Shown one piece after another: positions 39,665 to 47,570 of a stretch of DNA of 64,000 nt. Source of the stretch: Thermoplasmatota archaeon (GTDB taxonomy: Archaea > Thermoplasmatota > Penumbrarchaeia > Penumbrarchaeales > Penumbrarchaeaceae); NCBI GenBank assembly GCA_965234725.1, contig CBDDUX010000063.1:1-64000 (forward strand), given 5' to 3'. The notes under the pieces are model-generated. The model was not told the origin of the DNA. It made no database searches and saw only the letters and a list, made by a program, of their open reading frames with translations. Within the stretch, counting starts at the first letter, position 1, and each line of letters begins with the position of its first letter. A program made the translations under genes and the position numbers.

Positions 39665-40462
39665 TTGGAAAATGGATCGGAGCAGATGATCGTCGACGAG
39701 ATGACCTACAGAGAGATCTACAACGATCTCAGACATTACGAGGACATTGACAGACTCTATAAGAGATATAAGAGGTCAAAGAAGTACAGCTGGGAATTCT
39801 TTCTGGTAGTATATACCCAGAGGGCCATCAGGGATGTGACAGCTAACTTCCAGAGGGTCAAGTCCAAGTCAAGGGCCCTTCAGAATAAATGGAAGAAGGG
39901 AATATCCCTCTTGGAGATATCACAGGAGCTCGATTTCTCACCTGTGATGACAGCGTTCATTATACTGACAAGCCAGGAATACGGTAGGACCGGATTCAGG
40001 AAAATGATCAATGATCCAGGTTCCGTGGAGGACAAACGACTCTCAAGAGAGCTCAGGGAGATAAGGGAAAAGGATCCTATCTATTCACCTGAGGGCAACG
40101 AGGTCCAGAGGAAGAGGGGTGTGAAAGGGGAAGCAATCCTGAAGACATGGCTTGACAGGCAAGATGTGAAATACAAGCGAGAGGAGGACCTGAGAGAACA
40201 GGGGGGCAAGACACCTGATTTCCTGCTTGAGAAAAATATATACTTCAGGGGGGAAGAGGTGAACTGGATAGAGTCAAAGGGATCCTTCGGCGATCTCCGA
40301 GAGATCAATAAGAACCTGAAGAAACAGCTAAGGTCCTACAGAGAGCTATTCGGTCCTGGAATGGTGGTGTATTGGTTCGGTGTGGTCGATGATGCACCAG
40401 TGGAAGAGGGGATCGTCATCGAGACCAGAGAGGTGCTTGACGATCATTGGGATTTCGATTGA
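39665..40462 (+). CDS. C15orf41/CDIN1-family PD-(D/E)XK nuclease
   Basis: GVKGE, KTPDFLL, WIESKGSFGD, QLRSYRELFGPGMVVYWFG. Confidence 0.85.
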   Translation: MENGSEQMIVDEMTYREIYNDLRHYEDIDRLYKRYKRSKKYSWEFFLVVYTQRAIRDVTANFQRVKSKSRALQNKWKKGISLLEISQELDFSPVMTAFIILTSQEYGRTGFRKMINDPGSVEDKRLSRELREIREKDPIYSPEGNEVQRKRGVKGEAILKTWLDRQDVKYKREEDLREQGGKTPDFLLEKNIYFRGEEVNWIESKGSFGDLREINKNLKKQLRSYRELFGPGMVVYWFGVVDDAPVEEGIVIETREVLDDHWDFD

Positions 40463-41097
40463 TCATTTTCTAATTTGTATCTGATGATACTATTCTTGAG
40501 TTCATCCATGGTCCTTCCCTCGATTATCTCATAATCATGGAACTCCACCCTATCCTTATCCTTTAAAAGGGATGCAAGGTCAAGCATCATTCTGATCCTA
40601 CCCTCCCGATCCATGGGGAGAGACTTGTTGGGATCCACTTCCCCTCCTTGGAGTGGTATGAAAAGGAGTAGGTGTATATCTGGTAGCGCTTTCAGGACAT
40701 ACCAGGCCATCTCGGTCACCAGGTCAGCATCTACATCACCGGAGACAATGAAGGTCCCTCTGGAAGGATCGAACTCAATTACCCTGAGAACAGATGAAGG
40801 TGGTATCTCCTTCTCGGTCAAGACCTTGAACTGGATGAAACCATCGATAGACCTCATGCAGATGGAAGATGCGGATGGGATCACGACTCCTTTTTCCTTT
40901 ATGCTTTCCATAAGTTCGGACATCCTGTCCATTACCGGAATGTCCGGAGGTCTAACTGCCACCTTCATGGTGGAGTTGTTGAGAGATAAAGGTCCGGGAG
41001 GTGCAAGTCCCTGTCCGGGATCCAACTTCATGATATCTCTTTTCATTTCAACACTCAGGAACATTTTGAATAATAGCAGGAATGACAGATAGAGCAT
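40444..41097 (-). CDS. Hypothetical protein
   Basis: About 200-aa ORF directly downstream of nrdJ; start uncertain (about 41046). Confidence 0.55.
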   Translation of the reverse strand: MLYLSFLLLFKMFLSVEMKRDIMKLDPGQGLAPPGPLSLNNSTMKVAVRPPDIPVMDRMSELMESIKEKGVVIPSASSICMRSIDGFIQFKVLTEKEIPPSSVLRVIEFDPSRGTFIVSGDVDADLVTEMAWYVLKALPDIHLLLFIPLQGGEVDPNKSLPMDREGRIRMMLDLASLLKDKDRVEFHDYEIIEGRTMDELKNSIIRYKLENDQSKSQ

Positions 41098-43343
41098 CCA
41101 TCCTGATATACAAGGGAGTTACCGCATTCCGGACAGACACCCACAATTATCCCATCATCATCTGAATGAATATCATCACCATTGTCCTGATCAGAATAGA
41201 ATTCAAGGGTGGGTGCAGTTGTCCTCTCCTCTTCTATGGAGGGGGGTTGACCCATAAGATACTTCTCCATTGCCCTTGCCATCCCATCCGGGCATGAAAG
41301 GACCGCTTCTTCCGCCATACCCAGGGGAGCGTTCTTGGGGTTTGGACACCTGATACCTTTCAATTGTTTTACGATCTGCCACGGATCGACCCCGGACCTC
41401 ATTGCCAGAGAGGCCTGCCTTGCAAGGGCCTCTATCTGTGCAGCTGCACAGCCTCCGCCCTTCCCCAGGTTGGCGAACATTTCGAACGGACCGAACCTGT
41501 CAGCATTGATCGTCACATAGAGAGCACCGCAACCAGTATCCACCCTCCCGGTTACACCCTGGATGATCTTTGGTCTTTCCCTGGGTTTCAGGACACCCGT
41601 GTCCATACCTGTCTTCTTCTTCTTTATGGTGGACAGGACCTGTTCCTCTCTAGAACCGTCCCGGTATATTGTAACTCCTTTACAGCCAAGTTCATATGCA
41701 AGCATATAGACCTTCTTCACATCTTCCTTCGTGGCCTCATGGGGAAAGTTCACTGTCTTGGAAACCGCATTGTCAGTGTACCTCTGGAAGGCCGCTTGCA
41801 TCTTGGTGTGCCATTCAGGAGTTATATCATGAGCGGTCGCGAAGATTGTCTGGTACTTCTCAGGGACTGATTGGATCCCTCGGACGGTTCCCTTATCGGA
41901 AATCTTTTGCATAAGATCCTCACTGAAGAAACCCTCTCTTATCGCCACTTCTTTGAAGTAGGAATGGGCCTCCACCATCTGTGTCCTGTCCATTACGGTC
42001 CTTTTGAACACAAGGGCAAAGAGAGGTTCAACACCGGATGAGGCTCCTGCAATGATTGATATAGTACCTGTTGGTGCAATTGTGGTTGTGGTGGCGTTCC
42101 TTATGGGTTCCGCCCCTTTTTTATCGAAAATGGAACCCTTGAAGTTGGGAAAAGGACCCCTGACCTTGGCCAGTTCCATTGACATCTTTGTGGATTCCTC
42201 CTTGATGAAGGACATGACCTCATTTGCCATCTCCACAGCTTTCTCGGAATCGTAGGGAACTCCAAGTTTGAACAAGAGATCGGCCCACCCCATTAAACCA
42301 AGCCCTATCTTTCGGTTTCCCTTGGTATTCTCCTCTATTTCAGGAAGAGGAAAATTGTTCATATCGATCACATTGTCAAGAAAATGAACGGAATTTCTTG
42401 TCACTTCCCTGAGTTGGTCCCAATCCAATTTCCCGTCCTTGACCATGACAGATAGATTGACAGAACCCAGATTGCACGATTCATAAGGCAGAAGGGGTTG
42501 TTCTCCGCAGGGATTGGTGGACTCTATCTCCCCCACATGAGGGGTTGGATTGTCTCTGTTGATCCGGTCTATGAACACTATCCCGGGTTCTCCGTTCTTG
42601 TGAGCCTGATTGACAATTAGTTCGAAGATCTCCGGAGCGGATTCTTTACCAACATTCCTTCTATCCCTGGGATTGACAAGATCGTATTCTCCTCCATTCT
42701 TCAGGGCATCCATGAATTTATCGGTCAATGCAACGGAGATGTTGAAATTGTTCAGTTTCTTGTTATCATCCTTTGCAGTGATGAAATCCCTGATATCCGG
42801 GTGGTCCACTCTGAGAATTGCCATATTAGCTCCTCTTCGGGTCCCACCTTGTTTGATCACATCAGTTGCAGAATCGAAGACCTGCATGAAGGATATGGGA
42901 CCTGAAGAGACGCCCTTGGTGGATTTCACAAGATCGTTCTTCGGTCTTATCCTGGAGAAAGAGAAACCAGTCCCACCTCCGGATTTATGGATCATTGCTG
43001 TATGTTTTACCGTCTCGAAGATACCGGGGAGGGAATCTTCTATGGGGAGAACGAAACAGGCCGATAACTGCTGGAGTTCCCTTCCTGCATTCATAAGTGT
43101 CGGGGAGTTTGGTAGGAATTCCCTGTTGATCATCATATTATAGAAAACCTCAGCGGTAGCGTCCAAATTCGCCTTCTTGTCATAAATGGTGTCCGCTTTT
43201 GCTATATTCTCTGCTACCCGGAAGTACAACTCCTTCGGTGTTTCCACAACTTTCCCGGTGTCGTCCTTCCTCAAGTACCTTCTCTTCAATACTGTTAGTG
43301 AGTTCTCGGTGAGATTGGGTTCCCTGAGCCGTTCGATATTCAT
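41055..43343 (-). CDS. nrdJ: Class II (adenosylcobalamin-dependent) ribonucleotide reductase with C-terminal TSCPD/Zn domains
   Basis: PNSPTLMNAG, LSACF, TNPCGEQPL, CNLGS, TIAPTGT, YRDGSR, TGCG, C-terminal CPEC...CHSC. Confidence 0.95.
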   Translation of the reverse strand: MNIERLREPNLTENSLTVLKRRYLRKDDTGKVVETPKELYFRVAENIAKADTIYDKKANLDATAEVFYNMMINREFLPNSPTLMNAGRELQQLSACFVLPIEDSLPGIFETVKHTAMIHKSGGGTGFSFSRIRPKNDLVKSTKGVSSGPISFMQVFDSATDVIKQGGTRRGANMAILRVDHPDIRDFITAKDDNKKLNNFNISVALTDKFMDALKNGGEYDLVNPRDRRNVGKESAPEIFELIVNQAHKNGEPGIVFIDRINRDNPTPHVGEIESTNPCGEQPLLPYESCNLGSVNLSVMVKDGKLDWDQLREVTRNSVHFLDNVIDMNNFPLPEIEENTKGNRKIGLGLMGWADLLFKLGVPYDSEKAVEMANEVMSFIKEESTKMSMELAKVRGPFPNFKGSIFDKKGAEPIRNATTTTIAPTGTISIIAGASSGVEPLFALVFKRTVMDRTQMVEAHSYFKEVAIREGFFSEDLMQKISDKGTVRGIQSVPEKYQTIFATAHDITPEWHTKMQAAFQRYTDNAVSKTVNFPHEATKEDVKKVYMLAYELGCKGVTIYRDGSREEQVLSTIKKKKTGMDTGVLKPRERPKIIQGVTGRVDTGCGALYVTINADRFGPFEMFANLGKGGGCAAAQIEALARQASLAMRSGVDPWQIVKQLKGIRCPNPKNAPLGMAEEAVLSCPDGMARAMEKYLMGQPPSIEEERTTAPTLEFYSDQDNGDDIHSDDDGIIVGVCPECGNSLVYQDGCSICHSCYYSKCS

Positions 43344-43511
43344 TTCCTGCCACCATCCTTCCTGAAAGTGTACCCTAAGAGGTCTATAAACCCGGAGCGC
43401 GGACCGCCCCCATCTCCCCGACAGATAGGAGCTGCCCAAAAAGTAGCCGTTCCAATACCCAGGCACACCTTCCGGAACCGGTAAATTCTACGATGGAAGG
43501 AGCGATTATAA
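43344..43511 (-). promoter_or_regulatory. nrdJ promoter (TTATAA 43506-43511) and GC-rich structured leader
   Basis: Minus-strand helix GAAGGUGUGCCU/GGGUACACUUUC encloses three small hairpins. Confidence 0.5.
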
Positions 43512-43662
43512 GGATGATTGACAGTGGACCAAAAGTATTTTGCGAACACAATGAATCAATTGATGATTGGGGTGTTTTGTGGGGATTTTTCCACATTTTC
43601 GGAATGGGGTAGAAAAGAATATATTATTAGTTGGACAAGTAGTGAGTACCTGGTGAGAAGGG

Positions 43663-46104
43663 ATGATCGCATCCAACGAACGAAGAAGGGCCAAGTATAT
43701 CGGCAGGAAAGATGAGCTTGACCTTCTGAACCAAATCCTAGACGAGGTCCGATCCGGTAAAGGAAGGCTTGTCCTTGTTGCTGGTGAGGCTGGGATAGGA
43801 AAGACCAGACTCATCCAGGAAATGAAGGAACAACCTAATTTCTCCGGATTCAACTTCCTTATAGGTAGATGTCTTTATTTCAAGGATACGGACATATATC
43901 TTCCTTTCAAGGAGATGTTCACCCAGTATTCGAATATCATGAAGGACATGAATGCAGAATCCCCATTCTCCCCAAGGATGGGAGACCAGCGTTATGACAT
44001 GCTGACATCTCCTGATGGAGATTTCTTACCCATGTCACTAATCCCGGCTGAGATAGACCAGCCAGCACCAGAAGAGGATGAGATGCGGGTGGAGGGGTTG
44101 CTTGAGTTCGATAAACTATCCGATTTCATTTTCAAATTTTCAAAGAGAGGACCTCTTTGTCTTTTCATTGACGATCTTCATTGGGCCGATCCTCCATCAA
44201 TAAAATTCCTCCAGTATCTGGCCCAGAATATTCTGGACCAAACTATTCTAATAATCTGTACATACAGACCTGAAGACCTTTTCTGCGGTGAGGATGCACC
44301 TCATCCTCTTGCGGAACCCTTGAAGAGGCTATCAAGGGACAAACTGTATGTTCCGGTAGAGCTCAAACAGCTCTCAAGGGAAGAAACGGATAAACTACTG
44401 CGGAACATACTCGAGATAGAGAAGGTTCCTCCTACTTTCAGTGAACTGATATTCTCAAGGACCTCTGGTAACCCCTTCTTCGTAGAGGAGGTCCTGTATT
44501 CTCTGCTTGAACGGAATATAATCGATCCACTGACCCCTGATTGGCATAAGAACATAGATCCAGATACGATTTCTCTTCCAACGACGCTCAGGGATATCAT
44601 TCTCAGGAGGATGCATTGGCTCCAGGCCAATTCCATCGCCGTCATCAGATTATCCTCGGTCTCATCCGGGACAAGGATCACTTTTGAAGTGATCAAGGAT
44701 GCATTGAAGATGACGGACGAGGAAGTGCTGGAGGCTATTGAGGAGCTTGTTCAGGCAAAATTCCTCAAAGAGGTCAAGGAGGATGAAAGCTATGAGTTCG
44801 AGAACCCTGTTATTCAAGAGGTCATCTACTCGGAACTCAATCACAGCAGAAGGAAGTTCCTCCATACAAAGATGGCAAATGTCCTAGAGGCTAGATTCGC
44901 CCAGAATCCCTCTCACTGGGGAAATATCGGCATTCATTTCTACAAAGGAAAGGAATACGAAAAAGCCCTCCATTATCTGATCAATGCATCCACCTATTTC
45001 CAGAAGGTATCACCACACAAAGCCCTGGAATATCTGCATATGGTACTTTTCTGCATTGAGAAGCTCCCTCAATCGGATTCGGTCAAGGACCAGAACCTGA
45101 AGGTACTTCTGGAGATCTCCAACCTATGCCTTAAGATCTGGGATTGGGACCGTTCAAAGGAATTCGCTGAAAAAGCATTGAACCTTGCTACAGTGATCCG
45201 GAGACCAGTTGAAAGGTTCAAGGCCAAGGTCAATATAGGTGAGATCCTCAGGTTCAAGGGAGAATTCGATAAGGCCCTTGCCATATACCAGGATATCATC
45301 TCATCCACAGGTGATGAGGACTCGGAATCATTCGCAAAGGCTTACATGGGGATCGGCTATGTGAAATGGAAGAGGGGAGAGTTCCCCAGGGCTCTTGAGA
45401 TGTTCTCCAAATCCCTGCAATATGCGAAATTGGAAAACAATCTCAACACCATTGGTACCCTATACATAGACATTGGGAACGTCTTCAATCATAGAGGTGA
45501 CATGAAAAAAGCCATCGATTACTACACCAGGGGCATCAGACATCTGGAATCATACGGCAATATCATAGAAGCATCCAGAGGATACAGTAACATGGGTGGA
45601 GTTCACCTTCAACTTGGGGAGATGGAAGAGGCCGAGAAGAACCTGGATATGGCCATCAAGAAGGCAAAGGAGCAGGGTAGGCAGGAACCATGGTGGCCCA
45701 TGATACTCAAGATCAAGCTGAGAGCCCTGCAGAACAGATTCAAGGAAGCTGATGATGCATTCGAGAGGGTATCCGAGGACCTGAAGGGAAAGGACGATCA
45801 GGTCGGTCTTGCATCTTCTTTGATGTATGTCGGTCTATCAAAGACAAGGGAAGGTAAGTATGAAGAGGGAGAGACATTCCTTGTCAGGGCAATATCCATT
45901 TTTGAATCTCTCACAGTTCCGTTCGATCTTGCCCGAACCAAGGATCTATTAGGTGACCTCTATATGAAGAACTCGAAGTTCGATGAGGCAAAGACCTTTT
46001 ACAGTGAATCCTACCAGGCATTCAAGGAGATAGGGGCAAAAAGATATGCAGAAGAGGTCCGTGGAAAGCTCCTTGAATTAAGGGGTGGAGACGGATATAT
46101 TTAA
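43663..46104 (+). CDS. STAND-like AAA ATPase with TPR repeats
   Basis: IGRKDEL, GEAGIGKT, FIDDLHWAD, TSGNPFFVEE, C-terminal TPRs. Confidence 0.88.
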   Translation: MIASNERRRAKYIGRKDELDLLNQILDEVRSGKGRLVLVAGEAGIGKTRLIQEMKEQPNFSGFNFLIGRCLYFKDTDIYLPFKEMFTQYSNIMKDMNAESPFSPRMGDQRYDMLTSPDGDFLPMSLIPAEIDQPAPEEDEMRVEGLLEFDKLSDFIFKFSKRGPLCLFIDDLHWADPPSIKFLQYLAQNILDQTILIICTYRPEDLFCGEDAPHPLAEPLKRLSRDKLYVPVELKQLSREETDKLLRNILEIEKVPPTFSELIFSRTSGNPFFVEEVLYSLLERNIIDPLTPDWHKNIDPDTISLPTTLRDIILRRMHWLQANSIAVIRLSSVSSGTRITFEVIKDALKMTDEEVLEAIEELVQAKFLKEVKEDESYEFENPVIQEVIYSELNHSRRKFLHTKMANVLEARFAQNPSHWGNIGIHFYKGKEYEKALHYLINASTYFQKVSPHKALEYLHMVLFCIEKLPQSDSVKDQNLKVLLEISNLCLKIWDWDRSKEFAEKALNLATVIRRPVERFKAKVNIGEILRFKGEFDKALAIYQDIISSTGDEDSESFAKAYMGIGYVKWKRGEFPRALEMFSKSLQYAKLENNLNTIGTLYIDIGNVFNHRGDMKKAIDYYTRGIRHLESYGNIIEASRGYSNMGGVHLQLGEMEEAEKNLDMAIKKAKEQGRQEPWWPMILKIKLRALQNRFKEADDAFERVSEDLKGKDDQVGLASSLMYVGLSKTREGKYEEGETFLVRAISIFESLTVPFDLARTKDLLGDLYMKNSKFDEAKTFYSESYQAFKEIGAKRYAEEVRGKLLELRGGDGYI

Positions 46105-46120
46105 TAAATTCTAACAACAA

Positions 46121-46202
46121 GTTCAAATCCGGCTCCACCCAGAATACTATCATTAAATGAGATGTAGTTACATCGATAGTATAATAGGCGCCGGGAGCCG
46201 GA
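46121..46202. repeat. tRNA-Ser 3' fragments: inverted 16-mer (46121-46136) and direct 16-mer (46187-46202)
   Basis: GTTCAAATCCGGCTCC is the reverse complement of 46307-46322; GGCGCCGGGAGCCGGA equals 46300-46315. Confidence 0.8.
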
Positions 46203-46298
46203 CATTCGTAAAAAAGTAAACCCAAGTGATTCTGATCACTTTTTTACTTGCCAGTGATTAATTATTGATTACACGGCTCCCTTTGATTAGAAAATAAA

Positions 46299-46383
46299 TG
46301 GCGCCGGGAGCCGGATTTGAACCGACAAGGGTTGCCCCAGCGGTTTTCGAGACCGCCGCCGTACCAGGTTGAGCCATCCCGGC
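46299..46383 (-). tRNA. tRNA-Ser(CGA), CCA encoded
   Basis: GCCGGGA/TCCCGGC-G-CCA acceptor; GCGGT-CTCGAAA-ACCGC anticodon arm; long variable arm; GGTTCAAATCC T-loop. Confidence 0.95.
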
Positions 46384-46802
46384 GTTTAGATTTGCGAATG
46401 CACCAGAAACGGCTCAACCTGGTTGACCCGAAGGGTCATTATACCAGGTCGGAGTGTCGAAGGCACTCCCATCCGTGAACGGAATTCCCGAAGGGAATTG
46501 GGTTCTGAGCTATCCCGGCGTTTAGATTTGCGAATGCACCAGAAACGGCTCAACCTGGTTGACCCGAAGGGTCATTATACCAGGTCGGAGTGTCGAAGGC
46601 ACTCCCATCCGTGAACGGAATTCCCGAAGGGAATTGGGTTCTGAGCTATCCCGGCGTTTAGAATTGCGAATGCACCAGAAATAGCTCAACCTGGTTGACC
46701 CGTAGGGTCATTTTACCAGGTCGGAGTGTCGAAGACACTCCCATCCGTGAACGGAATTCCCGAAGGGAATTGGGTTCTGAGCCATCCCGGCGTTTAGAAT
46801 TG
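46371..46802. repeat. Tandem array of 3 x 136-bp hairpin-rich units plus a partial fourth, overlapping the tRNA 5' end
   Basis: GAGCYATCCCGGCGTTTAGA at 46371, 46507, 46643 and 46779 (period exactly 136). Confidence 0.95.
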
Positions 46803-46844
46803 AATGAAATTTGCTACGGCGGGTAAGGGGATGAAGTTAAAGGG

Positions 46845-46852
46845 TTTAAAAA
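46845..46852 (-). promoter_or_regulatory. Probable TATA box for the array + tRNA-Ser transcript
   Basis: Minus-strand TTTTTAAA about 55 nt upstream of the first GCCGGGATGGCTCA. Confidence 0.5.
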
Positions 46853-46989
46853 GGGTTTTGGTCAGGTTCGGCCCTACCTCCATTAATATTCTGGACCTCC
46901 CGAGGATAAAACAATACTATGCTCAATATATTTCTGTCCTTAGTAAACAATATTAACATGGATCAAGTTCCCATCACTGGGTGTGAACA

Positions 46990-47202
46990 ATGAAAGGTGG
47001 ATACGTCATCATGGGGATATTCCTCATGGCAACCTCATTTTAATTTCCACTTGGATATCTGATACTTGATCTACTATCATTGGGTATTCTTACCGTATTG
47101 ACACTAGGATTGGATTGGGTTTGCTGCTGTGGATTGAATTCACTTCTCTTCATTATCGGCATGGTTCTCTTTATCGTCGGTCTTGTAAAAGGTAAGGATT
47201 GA
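46990..47202 (+). pseudogene. Small hydrophobic membrane protein with in-frame TAA (47041-47043)
   Basis: MKGGYVIMGIFLMATSF*FPLGYLILDLLSLGILTVLTLGLDWVCCCGLNSLLFIIGMVLFIVGLVKGKD; GGTGTGA RBS. Confidence 0.5.
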
Positions 47203-47230
47203 GGATCAAAATACAGACGTTCTCTTCACT

Positions 47231-47566
47231 TTATGCATACATCATTTCATCGTCATGTTCATCCTTCATCAGGATCTCTTTCTTCTTCTTACGATCCCTA
47301 TCCTTGGATTTGTGCTTTACAGCCTTCCTCTGGGTCTCGTCACGACCAAGGAACGTGAAATCGAACCTGTTCATCCTGATGAACATCTTGTCAGGGAGCC
47401 TTTCTAACTTTATCCATCCCCTTGCCTCCATGCTTTTCAATGTCCTTGCCACATCCCTCGGAGACAAACCAGTCCTTTCGATCACTTCTCTGTCATCGAT
47501 AGGATATCTCTCAAGGATCACCCTCAGGATCTTTGCCTCTATGGACTTGGAATTCACCTGGACCAT
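47231..47566 (-). CDS. Small winged-helix protein
   Basis: TGLSPRDVARTLKSMEARGWI; start at MVQVNS after GGAGGGTGA RBS. Confidence 0.75.
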   Translation of the reverse strand: MVQVNSKSIEAKILRVILERYPIDDREVIERTGLSPRDVARTLKSMEARGWIKLERLPDKMFIRMNRFDFTFLGRDETQRKAVKHKSKDRDRKKKKEILMKDEHDDEMMYA

Positions 47567-47570
47567 ACTG

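Noticed and set aside
41055..43343. Intein in nrdJ
   Set aside because: Length and motif spacing are normal, with no insertion or splice-junction motifs.
43344..43511. Cobalamin riboswitch upstream of nrdJ
   Set aside because: No recognisable B12-box or GGGAA core; kept only as an unassigned structured leader.
46423..46614. 63-aa ORF in the repeat array
   Set aside because: Arises from the repeats; no RBS or recognisable protein features.
46384..46791. Intron-containing or split tRNA genes
   Set aside because: Units have only the tRNA 5' segment and its antisense; there is no anticodon arm, T-arm or clear bulge-helix-bulge.
46371..46802. CRISPR or TIGR-type guide array
   Set aside because: Units are near-identical over their full 136 bp with no variable spacers, and no cas or effector gene is adjacent.
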